A stretch of DNA of 64,000 nucleotides, taken from the IMG/VR virus record IMGVR_UViG_3300028175_000001; one strand, written 5' to 3'. A program made the translations under genes and the position numbers. Origin of the DNA: a virus. Its lineage: Duplodnaviria > Caudoviricetes. Below are positions 8,854-18,530 of this stretch, piece by piece; position 1 is the first letter of the stretch; every line of letters begins with the position of its first letter. The notes under the pieces were generated by a model. It made no database searches. It worked only from the letters and a program-made list of their open reading frames with translations, and was not told the DNA's origin.

Positions 8854-9741
8854 TTAATTATCTTCTGCTAATTTAGCAAAATAAGACATATCCTCTTCCT
8901 CTTCAGATGATGATTCATTGTTCGTTGGAGGAGTAAAAGGTTCTTCCGCAGTTTTTGGTTTAGATACAGGAGTACGTACCTCAGGAAGATTAGTTTCTAC
9001 TATAAGAACATTATCCAATCTCGCTTTCAAATCTTCAAAAGATTTAAATTGATCATCTGCAGTAAACTCTGTAAGAGCATACTCTGATTGCCAAATTTTT
9101 TCAAGTTCAGTTTCATCTTCTACGAGTTGTGTGCTTTTATCAAATTCGCTCTTATCGTAATTCCGATAACCTTCAACTTGTCGAATCTTTAATTTAAAAT
9201 TCGCCCCTTCCCAGAGATCAAAGGGATTTACAGGAGATTCATCTTCAAATTCTGGATTCATCACATCATTAATCTTATCAAAAATCTTTTTCCCAAATTT
9301 ATACAAAAAGACTTTTCCCTCGTTCTGAGGATTCTTTGAATCAGCAACAACATAAATGTTACTAATATAAGTTAATCGGCGCTTTTGCTTACGAGCAATA
9401 TCTTTGTTCGCCTCTATTCCAGAATTCCAAAGTTGAGAATTATACTCTGAAACAGGATCTTTCTTACCAAGAGTTGTCAAAGAGTTTTCAATGTACCATT
9501 GTCCTGTAGGTCCTTGAAAACCATGATTGAAGACTCTTGCCCATGGAACATCCTCTCCATCTACTGGGGGAAGAAATCGAATAACAGCAAATCCGTTTCC
9601 AGACTTGTCGATTTCAGGTTTCCAGAATCGATCATCGACATAACTCTTTGATTCAGAAGGAGTGTCGATCTTCTCGATTTCTTTGTGAAGATTTTGCATG
9701 AAGGATGCACGGGATTTTTTTAGTGCGGATAGTGTAGCCAT
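8854..9741 (-). CDS. gp32: Single-stranded DNA binding protein gp32
   Basis: DDRFWKPEIDKSGNGFAVIRFLP...WYIENSLTT...GKKIFDKI...PFDLWEGANFKLKI; acidic tail DMSYFAKLAED. Confidence 0.97.
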   Translation of the reverse strand: MATLSALKKSRASFMQNLHKEIEKIDTPSESKSYVDDRFWKPEIDKSGNGFAVIRFLPPVDGEDVPWARVFNHGFQGPTGQWYIENSLTTLGKKDPVSEYNSQLWNSGIEANKDIARKQKRRLTYISNIYVVADSKNPQNEGKVFLYKFGKKIFDKINDVMNPEFEDESPVNPFDLWEGANFKLKIRQVEGYRNYDKSEFDKSTQLVEDETELEKIWQSEYALTEFTADDQFKSFEDLKARLDNVLIVETNLPEVRTPVSKPKTAEEPFTPPTNNESSSEEEEDMSYFAKLAEDN

Positions 9742-9776
9742 ATTTACCTTTCGTATATCGGAATATTCGTTGTATA

Positions 9777-10367
9777 TTAAATTTTGTCTCGTAAAATCTT
9801 ACGAAACTTCGTCTTATCCACCTCCAAAAATGGAGTGTATTTCAAAACTCTATCTCTAAACTGAGGCCAGACAAAAGTTTCTTTTATCTTTTGATCCCAG
9901 TCAGGAACAAAGTTAAGTATCATATTAAGTATAGAAAAAGTTTCCATACAAATATATTTAGCAAGTGCTTGTTTCAGTAATAAAGGATGTTGACCTTTTT
10001 TAATTTTGAACCAATTTTCAAAATTTTCTTTGATCAACAATTTATCAATATCATTACTAAAAATATAACTCATGCTTTGTATTCTTTTTTGCCATTCTTT
10101 ATATTTAAATTCTGCTTGCGAATCAAGCGCATCGCCTATCCACAAATTTTCATTATCAATAAAGTTTGCAACAAAGAATTTTGATATCTCATCATCTTTA
10201 TAACTTTTTGACAATTTCACAAAAAAGATTTGATCATTGCGCTTTTTAAAAGCATTAAATGAGATTTTTCTTTTTTTATGTTTAAAATAATCATACTTTT
10301 TGGCGTGAAAATGAGTTTTGATTGAAACATATTCTTTATAGCAATCAAACGGATCCATTTTTATCAT
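9777..10367 (-). CDS. gp59: Helicase loader gp59
   Basis: FDCYKEYVSIKTHF...YDYF...FxKRNDQxFF...FFVANF; synteny with gp32 and gp33. Confidence 0.9.
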   Translation of the reverse strand: MIKMDPFDCYKEYVSIKTHFHAKKYDYFKHKKRKISFNAFKKRNDQIFFVKLSKSYKDDEISKFFVANFIDNENLWIGDALDSQAEFKYKEWQKRIQSMSYIFSNDIDKLLIKENFENWFKIKKGQHPLLLKQALAKYICMETFSILNMILNFVPDWDQKIKETFVWPQFRDRVLKYTPFLEVDKTKFRKILRDKI

Positions 10368-10588
10368 AGCCCCAATATCGTAGTAGTTTTTGGGAGATAA
10401 TGCAATGCAGTTACTTCTTCTCTTAATTTAGCTTTCAACGGCCCCTGAACAAGTTTTCCAATTGTCTGAGGTTCCATCTGAGTTTCTTCACAATAATGAC
10501 ATATTGCATCCCAATACGTCATTTTTTTACTACTAACAATATTTTCTATAATAATCGTAAAATCTAAAACTTTTAGTGTTTTAATCAT
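10364..10588 (-). CDS. gp33: Late transcription co-activator gp33
   Basis: IENIV...MTYWDAICHYCEE...LKAKLREEVxxLHYL. Confidence 0.9.
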   Translation of the reverse strand: MIKTLKVLDFTIIIENIVSSKKMTYWDAICHYCEETQMEPQTIGKLVQGPLKAKLREEVTALHYLPKTTTILGL

Positions 10589-13500
10589 TGTTCTCTATCG
10601 TATGTATTGTTTGTTCAATCGCTCCATAAACTTCTTCTGGTGAAATGTTTTTAGAGCATTCAAACATTCTATCAGTATTTTTATGATCCGGACACCATGA
10701 CCAATCACTAGGATCAAATTTATGTCGATTATAGCAACTATTGCAGACATCATTATTATGGAGTCTAACACATTTTGAATAAAATTCTGATTTAGGATTA
10801 CTAAATCCCGATATTAATATTACATGTTTATTTAAAGCCCATGCTAACCACGATAATCCAGACCCTAATCCAATAAAAAATTCAGCACCATCTAAAGTTG
10901 CTATTGTTTGATCTAAAGATCGATCATGTCTACCTATTGCATTTTTAGGTACTACATTAAAATATTCTCCTTGACCAAAAGAAGGATGTTTATCTATACA
11001 TACTACATTATAACCCTTTTCGGATAAAAAGTCAACCACTTTATCCCATCCACCCAAATAATTCCAATATTTCGCCTGAGCAGTTGATTGAGTACCAATA
11101 CATACATAAGGTTTTTCCAATTCTGTTTCTGTTTCTTTAACTTTTATTTTGCACCTGGTTTCTTTAAAATCTTTAATCCCAAGTATACCTGCACACAAAT
11201 TTTGCAAAGAAACGTCTTTCATGTCCACGGGAGACTGTGGACTGAGTTCAAAAAACCCTATTCTATAAGAAGATACAAAATCATTAAACCCAGATTCAGG
11301 AACTATAAAAGAAGTTTCAGGATATGATTCTACCAAATAATCATTCCAAAATGTACTACAATACATTTTACATTTATGCTTTTTACGAAATTCTTCAACG
11401 ACCGGCATCCACGCTAAAGTATCTCCCAATGCTACTGTATCAAACCACACAAAAACATTCTTATTTGTAAAATCTTGTTCATACTCAAAGTCTATATTTC
11501 CTGTTTCGATATTTATAGCTTCAACTCGCCAATTTACATAATAATCAAGACCACAAGCAACCCATCCCCCAGTAGAAATATCATTCGAATAATGAATTGC
11601 ATGAGTATCATTATCAATAAAATTAATTTTATACTCCGCAGGAATAGACCCCTTAACAGACAAATAGGGATTTTTTTGCATATTTAATTCAAAAATATTT
11701 TTCCCTGATATAGGCGTATTCTGATATGCGAACATTAATCGTTCTTTCATATCAAAGGGTTTAGAATATTTCAACTCTTTTGCTTCATAATAATATTTTT
11801 CCAATTCATCAAAAATCTTTTCCCAATCTCGTTCTCTAGCAAATTCTCTTGCAAGTTTTGAATGTTCATCATAATTATCTAAAACAGTTTTAACTTTTTC
11901 AGCAATGATATCAACATTTCTTGTACATATCGTTAAACCCTTTACGTATATGTCATCTTGTAGTGTTCCCACCACAGGTAAACCACAAGCCATTGCTTCA
12001 AGCACGGCCAAACAGGGTTGACCCGTTTCTAAAGAGGCCGGATGAATCAATACATGATGTTCATTTAATAAATCCCGTAATTCGTTTTTTTCTACATTAC
12101 CAACAAGAGTTATATCAATATGTCCTTTACATTCTTCTACAATATCATAAAATTTCTTATTATAATCTAAATGTATTGAATCTGGACCAACAATTGTTAT
12201 AGGAAGTCCTAATTTTTTTGCCGCTTGAATTGCTAAATGAAAACCCTTTCTATCATCGCCCCCGCCCACGCAAATTAATCGTATATTTTTTCTGTTTTCA
12301 TTAGGAAAGAAAAAATTTGTATCTACCCCATGATGAAGTCTTCTTAATTTTTCTGGATATAAAAAATAATCTATCATATCTTCAGTTGGTATTAAACTGA
12401 ACAAAGAATTTTTTATAGTTTCATTATTTGTCATATAATAATGAGAGTTTTTTCCATGTATCTTAACAAAAGCATCATGCATCGTAAAAATATAAGGTAT
12501 GCATCTATCTTTCAGCAAATCGTAAAACCCACCAGTATGATTATGAAACACATCATATTTTTCTAAATCATTTTGTGTTACATCATCTAACCATTTTAAA
12601 CTTACTTCATGCCCTCTACTTCGAGCAATTCTCATATATTGATAAATCACTTCTTCTAATCCCCCATATCCTTTGGGGGGAATGTCAAGACCACATCCAA
12701 CATGTATTTGCATTATTTTTAAATGATCTTCATGGACTTTTTCTTTTTCTTTTTCTAATGTATCACGCACCTGTATATTTTGTGTAGACAAAATAATTTC
12801 AGGAATTTCTATTATTCGATGACTATTAGAAATAAGATGGATTCGATTGTCTTGAGAATACCAAAAAACATTTCTATTATCTGCCGTAATAACGTCTTTT
12901 ATGTTTTCAATATTGTTAGACGGTATACGATTGTTTTCATGTAAATGCGTATTATCTGAAAAAAAACTTAATTCATGATTCGATACAGGTAATTTAGATA
13001 TAATATTTGATATTGTTATTGGAGTATCATTTAAATTTATTTTAACAAAAAAATAAGAAATGTTTTTCAGGTACTTATCAAAAACTATGTCATGATCGAA
13101 AAACAGATGTCTTACTTTTGATGTTTGTTCTTGATTATAATCAAAATTCAAAAAACTTACATGTTTTCTTTCTGTTTCATAATTTAATTTACTTAAATAA
13201 GTAGATTCTGCTAAATCATAGATATCATCAAAATACTTAATATTTCTAGGATATTCTAAAATGAAATTCTTTCTTTCTTCCTTTTCGTTTATAACTAATT
13301 GTGCTTCGCCACGAGGATTCCAATTTCTAAAATTTTCAGATTCTCCGTGTTCTCTTGCAAGATACGTTGTTCTGGGTATAGTCAACCATTTTCCATATCT
13401 CTCTAAATTCAATAACCATTGACCATCATTTGATAAACAAATATCACTGTCTTTGTGTTCAGGAAAACGTAATGCTGGTAGATTTTTAAATATTCTTAAA

Positions 13501-14000
13501 TATCCAAAAATATTTGATCGCTGAGGCCATAACTTTTCAAATCCTTCTAAAAAAGAGTTATTGTCTCTTGACATATACACGTTGTCTTTAAAATTATCAA
13601 AAATATTATTTGAATTTTTAGGCAAAACATCATGATATTTGTTTGCATTAAAATGGAGCAATACAGCTTCTGGAAACAAGTTAAAATAATGAATTATTTT
13701 TTCAAAAGTTCTCGGTAAAATTATATCATCAGCATCTAAATGACATACAATGTCGCCAACAGCGGGGATTTGGGGATTCCACCATATTTCTTTCTTGTGT
13801 TTGGGCTCGACGATTCTTATTCTACTATCTGTTCTTTTTAATTTTTCCATTACCGAACGGGTGTTATCAACAGAAAAATCATCAACAAGAATCCACTCCC
13901 AATGATCATAATTTTGATAAAAAACCGAACCCGCTAATTCATCTAAATAAAATTCAGCATTATAACAGGAAGTCACAAGTGATAATTTAAAATTCTTCAT
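10581..14000 (-). CDS. Multidomain glycosyltransferase: GT2 + GT4 + autotransporter (Aah/TibC-type) O-heptosyltransferase domain
   Basis: N-terminal GT2 (VTSCYN...LVDDFSVD...HLDADD); central GT4 (GYGGLEE...HHGVD...LAVLEAMACGLPVV); C-terminal ALGDTLAW...QSTAQAKYWN...FIGLGSGLSWLAWA...LISGFS...CNSC...WCP...FEC. Confidence 0.85.
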   Translation of the reverse strand: MKNFKLSLVTSCYNAEFYLDELAGSVFYQNYDHWEWILVDDFSVDNTRSVMEKLKRTDSRIRIVEPKHKKEIWWNPQIPAVGDIVCHLDADDIILPRTFEKIIHYFNLFPEAVLLHFNANKYHDVLPKNSNNIFDNFKDNVYMSRDNNSFLEGFEKLWPQRSNIFGYLRIFKNLPALRFPEHKDSDICLSNDGQWLLNLERYGKWLTIPRTTYLAREHGESENFRNWNPRGEAQLVINEKEERKNFILEYPRNIKYFDDIYDLAESTYLSKLNYETERKHVSFLNFDYNQEQTSKVRHLFFDHDIVFDKYLKNISYFFVKINLNDTPITISNIISKLPVSNHELSFFSDNTHLHENNRIPSNNIENIKDVITADNRNVFWYSQDNRIHLISNSHRIIEIPEIILSTQNIQVRDTLEKEKEKVHEDHLKIMQIHVGCGLDIPPKGYGGLEEVIYQYMRIARSRGHEVSLKWLDDVTQNDLEKYDVFHNHTGGFYDLLKDRCIPYIFTMHDAFVKIHGKNSHYYMTNNETIKNSLFSLIPTEDMIDYFLYPEKLRRLHHGVDTNFFFPNENRKNIRLICVGGGDDRKGFHLAIQAAKKLGLPITIVGPDSIHLDYNKKFYDIVEECKGHIDITLVGNVEKNELRDLLNEHHVLIHPASLETGQPCLAVLEAMACGLPVVGTLQDDIYVKGLTICTRNVDIIAEKVKTVLDNYDEHSKLAREFARERDWEKIFDELEKYYYEAKELKYSKPFDMKERLMFAYQNTPISGKNIFELNMQKNPYLSVKGSIPAEYKINFIDNDTHAIHYSNDISTGGWVACGLDYYVNWRVEAINIETGNIDFEYEQDFTNKNVFVWFDTVALGDTLAWMPVVEEFRKKHKCKMYCSTFWNDYLVESYPETSFIVPESGFNDFVSSYRIGFFELSPQSPVDMKDVSLQNLCAGILGIKDFKETRCKIKVKETETELEKPYVCIGTQSTAQAKYWNYLGGWDKVVDFLSEKGYNVVCIDKHPSFGQGEYFNVVPKNAIGRHDRSLDQTIATLDGAEFFIGLGSGLSWLAWALNKHVILISGFSNPKSEFYSKCVRLHNNDVCNSCYNRHKFDPSDWSWCPDHKNTDRMFECSKNISPEEVYGAIEQTIHTIENND

Positions 14001-16650
14001 GGGTTGTCTCTATATCTTCATTATGTAATAAAGTAGTCCCATCCTTAAAAGAATTATCTAAATATGACTCTCCAGAACATTGAATTGAGATTGGCGATTT
14101 AACTATACCACATTTCTTATCATTAAAAATATTATTATTTAACCATAAATCATAAGTATCCCATTTTGCAGTTTTCAATTGTTTTTTAAAATAAGTTCTT
14201 CTAGTTTCGTCTGTGGAAAGTAAATAACAATGCGCTTCAGACATTCTATCTGTTACACCGAAAAATTCATAATTTTCATGTTCCCAATCAGGAATTCTTT
14301 TTCCGAAAGACATATAATATAAATTATGCTGATTCATATCATCTAACCGGTCCATAATTGATCTATGAACTTCGTGTACTGGTTTTATAAAAATAGCATC
14401 ACATTCACAAAATAAAACGGCATCAAAGTCTTCATTTAAATGTTCATTTATAGCAGATTTGTGAGCAGAAAAATTACCATAATGAGCAGGTGTTAATTTA
14501 TATTCGCCCGATTTCATTTGCACATCATTTGGTCTAGCACATGTTTTTTTCGGGGGAAAATTTTCATATAAAGGATTCACCATTTGCACATATGACCAAT
14601 CTGAATATTCAGATAATTTTTTAAGATGTGTTATTGATTTTTTTTCTCTTTCTGAATCCACATCAACAAGCATATGAACTATTTTTATTTTTGGACGTCT
14701 TATTGCCCACAAATTACCCAATTCGCCATTAGTTGTTACTTGAGAATCAGCAATAACTTGATATCCCAAACTTTCTAATCTCGTTATAAAATTAGTTGCA
14801 TGAAGTTTCATTTCACCCTCAACACCAAACGGATGTGCTTCCATAGAAAGTTTTCTCAATTTATATTTAAAAAAATCATCATGAATCACTGGTAATATGT
14901 CCCATTCTGCCCCTTCACAATCCAATTTTAACGCATCTATTCTATCAATACTATTATTTTTCATAAATTGTTCAAACGTAACACAATCAACAATTTCTTT
15001 TTTTATTACTCCCTGATTTTCTGTATTCTTTGCGCTATTATTAAAATTATCATAAAAAGAATTACATGAACTGGATCCAATAGTAATAAATTCTCTACTG
15101 TTATTATCAAAAGAAATTGCTAAATTGTGTTTTTCAATATTTCTATATTCTCCCAAATTTTTACATAAAATATCAAATGTTGTTTTAGTGGGTTCAATTG
15201 TGTGAATATGCGAAACTCCTTGATTTAAAGCATACATATCAAAAAAACCATAATGACCACCAATATCAATTACAGTATCCCCTTCTGTCAAATTTAATTT
15301 TTTATAATACTGTAATATCAAAGTTTCATAAAAAGTATACCAGGAAGAAGGATCGTCCGCTATTCCATGAAAATGTTTATTTTTTCCGAGAATTTTAATA
15401 TCAACTTCTGATTTAAGTGGAAATGTTTTTTCATATAAAAGATGATGATTATCTAACAAATTCACATCACTTAAATTAGAATAATAATCTTTAGGAGCAT
15501 CAAATATCTTTACTATAAACCCGTTAACTACATCTTTTCCGCAATGCGGCTGACACCACATTGAGTTTGTTAAAATGTGTGATCTATAGGCTAATAACCC
15601 AGTATCTATTTCATATAAGCACAACAATTTCTCATGAAAACATTCATATAAGCTTAAAAAATGAAAAGTTATTTTGGTATCTTCAATCGAACAACTTACA
15701 AGACGATCACTAATGTTCAGTAGTCTAGACATTTTAATTAAATTAATATTCAAATCATCAGAAAGCCAAGTAACTTTTTCGTCATATTTGTCAATATAAG
15801 TGTCAAGTTTATGTGCTAATACAGGTATATTCCAAGACAAAGCTTCTTTCACAACTAATGGATTCGTTTCTTTATCAAAACTAGTTCCCTTAGACGTAAA
15901 TAAAAATAAATCCATACATGAATAAAATTTTTCTACATCAGACCTTTCCCCCCAAACTATACAATTATCGGGCAAGTTTTTTGTTAAAGGTTCCCAATAT
16001 TCTTTAAAGTTTTCCGCAAGATTCCCTACAAAATGAAATTGTACGTCAGGCAAAAGTTTAGCGTATTCAATAATTTCCACTTGATTTTTTCTTGATGTCC
16101 ATAATCCAACATTTAATACATGTTTCAATGCAGGATCAACACCTAATTCTCTCAATGCAACATCTCTTTCTTTTTCTGATGTTTTTTTATCGACGGGATA
16201 CTCTATAACACATGCAGGAACATCTATTGATCTAAATTTTATTAGTTGATTATCACTACAAAATAAAAATTTATCTGGAAAAAATTTCTTTGACGAAGGA
16301 TCGAAGGAAGAATCATGAGATGTTTCAAAAATCAAATAATTTCTATTTTTCTTATAAATTTTTTCAGCTATTTTATCATCCACGAAAAATTCAGGCATTT
16401 CTTCAAAATGAATAATGTCGGGTTTTATTTTATCTAAATATGTTAAAATATCAGATTTATCATCGGACAAAGTTATTAACTGATCATTTAGAATGTTTAA
16501 TATTTTATCTTTTTGAACTCTATAAGACCCATAATCATTATACTCTATTACATAAATATCATTATCATTGTATAATAATTCGATTTTTTTAAGAAGATAT
16601 TGGGGGGCTCCGCCCGTAGATAAATGAGGAGTAATATATAAAATTTTCAT
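13987..16650 (-). CDS. Multidomain GT4 glycosyltransferase + FkbM-family methyltransferase + C-terminal GT-like domain
   Basis: TPHLSTGGAPQYL...VGLWTSRKNQ...DLFLFTSKG...NPLVVKEAL; VIDIGGHYGFF...IEP...LKLDCEGAEW; C-terminal ECDAIF...EAHCYLL. Confidence 0.85.
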   Translation of the reverse strand: MKILYITPHLSTGGAPQYLLKKIELLYNDNDIYVIEYNDYGSYRVQKDKILNILNDQLITLSDDKSDILTYLDKIKPDIIHFEEMPEFFVDDKIAEKIYKKNRNYLIFETSHDSSFDPSSKKFFPDKFLFCSDNQLIKFRSIDVPACVIEYPVDKKTSEKERDVALRELGVDPALKHVLNVGLWTSRKNQVEIIEYAKLLPDVQFHFVGNLAENFKEYWEPLTKNLPDNCIVWGERSDVEKFYSCMDLFLFTSKGTSFDKETNPLVVKEALSWNIPVLAHKLDTYIDKYDEKVTWLSDDLNINLIKMSRLLNISDRLVSCSIEDTKITFHFLSLYECFHEKLLCLYEIDTGLLAYRSHILTNSMWCQPHCGKDVVNGFIVKIFDAPKDYYSNLSDVNLLDNHHLLYEKTFPLKSEVDIKILGKNKHFHGIADDPSSWYTFYETLILQYYKKLNLTEGDTVIDIGGHYGFFDMYALNQGVSHIHTIEPTKTTFDILCKNLGEYRNIEKHNLAISFDNNSREFITIGSSSCNSFYDNFNNSAKNTENQGVIKKEIVDCVTFEQFMKNNSIDRIDALKLDCEGAEWDILPVIHDDFFKYKLRKLSMEAHPFGVEGEMKLHATNFITRLESLGYQVIADSQVTTNGELGNLWAIRRPKIKIVHMLVDVDSEREKKSITHLKKLSEYSDWSYVQMVNPLYENFPPKKTCARPNDVQMKSGEYKLTPAHYGNFSAHKSAINEHLNEDFDAVLFCECDAIFIKPVHEVHRSIMDRLDDMNQHNLYYMSFGKRIPDWEHENYEFFGVTDRMSEAHCYLLSTDETRRTYFKKQLKTAKWDTYDLWLNNNIFNDKKCGIVKSPISIQCSGESYLDNSFKDGTTLLHNEDIETTHEEF

Positions 16651-16669
16651 AAACGATTTTAATTATTAA

Positions 16670-16688
16670 CTAAATATAAATATAAATA
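16670..16688 (+). promoter_or_regulatory. Overlapping T4 late promoter consensus (CTAAATA, TATAAATA x2)
   Basis: CTAAATATAAATATAAATA upstream of ORF 16741. Confidence 0.65.
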
Positions 16689-16701
16689 ACAACTATTATA
16701 T

Positions 16702-16730
16702 AGTTTACACTATTTTGAACTTTTTGTCAA
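16702..16730 (-). promoter_or_regulatory. Sigma70-type (early) promoter TTGACA-17 nt-TAAACT driving the GT-GT-gp33-gp59-gp32 direction
   Basis: Minus-strand TTGACA at 16730-16725, 17-nt spacer, TAAACT at 16707-16702. Confidence 0.7.
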
Positions 16731-16740
16731 TGGATTAATT

Positions 16741-17706
16741 ATGACACAATACAGACACTTATATTGGGATGCAGTAAACAAAGACCTACGACAATATTCT
16801 GATACCGAACTAGAAATTCTTAGTTATTTTCTAAGAAAAAGATATGCGGCTCTTCTAGATGCAGGTACAGGGTATCCAGGCGAAGTAAAAACTTCAGGAT
16901 CATCTCCTTTTGTTTCCATAGGAACAGCTACTAATGGATATAGAATATCCGGAAGCATGACCGAACCAGATGACACAGGCAATTATCAAGGCGCAGAACC
17001 AGACACGATAATTGGCCAACCGGATCAAACAACTTTCACATCTTCATCCGTAACATTTTATCAAAATATGAACCATTCTACAGCGGCCCCCAGTTCAGCA
17101 ACCATAAACAATTCTGGATTATTATATTGGACCTCTCCGGATTTAAAAATAGGCCCAACCACAGAAACAGATCTTCGAGATACGCTTGCTACTCACTGCC
17201 TTCAACAAATGCAAACAGGTGATGAAGTTGGATCTTATAGAGTTGCAGTATCTAATCCAGGAGGCGGAACCTGGTCTGATAAAGGAGCATTTTTTACTGA
17301 TACAATATACGCTAGTAGTCCTTATGGTGCATATAAACTATGGTTAAAAACAGCAAATACTACTGAACCATCAACTCCAGATAATTATACTAGATGGGAC
17401 GGCACTAATAACGAAATACAATTAGAATCTAGCACTTCTTATGATGCTACAGCTAAATTAATAAATGATGTTTATTTAAACATAATTGCAAGAAGACATC
17501 TCGTATATAATGTTGCAACTTCAATTGTTGGAACAAATAAAGGAACTTTTTACGATAAAAAATATCAAAGCACGACTGATACATTAACTGGACCATCAGG
17601 GACACCCTCGATTTATACCAGAACATGGACACCTTCAGGAGCCATAATTGATTCCAGCGGACCCTATTATTTTACTACAAACGGCGAAAGAACACCAACA
17701 CCATAA
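16741..17706 (+). CDS. Ser/Thr-rich putative virion structural protein
   Basis: About 80 of 321 residues are S or T by manual count; Gly/Pro-rich; late promoter upstream; no enzyme motif. Confidence 0.6.
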   Translation: MTQYRHLYWDAVNKDLRQYSDTELEILSYFLRKRYAALLDAGTGYPGEVKTSGSSPFVSIGTATNGYRISGSMTEPDDTGNYQGAEPDTIIGQPDQTTFTSSSVTFYQNMNHSTAAPSSATINNSGLLYWTSPDLKIGPTTETDLRDTLATHCLQQMQTGDEVGSYRVAVSNPGGGTWSDKGAFFTDTIYASSPYGAYKLWLKTANTTEPSTPDNYTRWDGTNNEIQLESSTSYDATAKLINDVYLNIIARRHLVYNVATSIVGTNKGTFYDKKYQSTTDTLTGPSGTPSIYTRTWTPSGAIIDSSGPYYFTTNGERTPTP

Positions 17707-17717
17707 AAGGAAACATA

Positions 17718-18530
17718 ATGATTACTCTTAACGAAGCATTTCATGCCTCTGATTACGAAACATGGTTAACATATTGGAGTCGATGCAAAGTCAATACAAT
17801 TTTCCATAAATATCCAGATTATACAGCAGAAGATAATCCTGTATTAGTACGATTTAGAGAAATTCCCGATGGCGAAGATGTAGAAATACCTCATCCAGAC
17901 ATTGAAGTAAAACAAATCGAAACTCATCTAGACACATATTGTTTCAAGACACTACTAAAAGCATTACCCGAAAATCACAGAAACAAAACTTTAGAGGGAA
18001 TACAACTACAATCAGCAAATTTTCATGACGCCATGGCTAAAAGAGAAAAAGATTTTGATGAATTTTTAGAATATAAACTAGCCGGTAATCTTAACATAGA
18101 AACTATTGATAACACAAAACCCATTTCATGGGAATCAATAAGAACTGCTTCAACAGAAGAATTGTTTCAAACAAAACTTGAAATATTTGAAACACAACCA
18201 GTTCAAGAAAGCGATAAAAAAGAATATCGTTCTAATATTAGAAAAGCATCATCAATTATTGAAGCAATGCACTGGTACTATTTAATAGTCAATGATATTG
18301 AAATGTCCACGTCAGAAAAATCAGAAGAAAAAATTCCCGAAAATATAGATATACTACTTGCTGATATTTCTTCAGAAACACTATTTAAATATAAATTACA
18401 GCTTTTCGAAAAAGAAGAAATTCAAAATAGCGAAAACAAAAAAGCTAGAAGCAAACTTAGAAAAGCAACTAATTTAATTGAACTATTTTCAGCTTATAAT
18501 GAAGTGATATTATTAGATAAAAAAGAATAA
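17718..18530 (+). CDS. Hypothetical protein with two internal helical repeats
   Basis: EELFQTKLEIFE...RSNIRKASSIIEA repeats as ETLFKYKLQLFE...RSKLRKATNLIEL; AAGGAA RBS. Confidence 0.7.
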   Translation: MITLNEAFHASDYETWLTYWSRCKVNTIFHKYPDYTAEDNPVLVRFREIPDGEDVEIPHPDIEVKQIETHLDTYCFKTLLKALPENHRNKTLEGIQLQSANFHDAMAKREKDFDEFLEYKLAGNLNIETIDNTKPISWESIRTASTEELFQTKLEIFETQPVQESDKKEYRSNIRKASSIIEAMHWYYLIVNDIEMSTSEKSEEKIPENIDILLADISSETLFKYKLQLFEKEEIQNSENKKARSKLRKATNLIELFSAYNEVILLDKKE

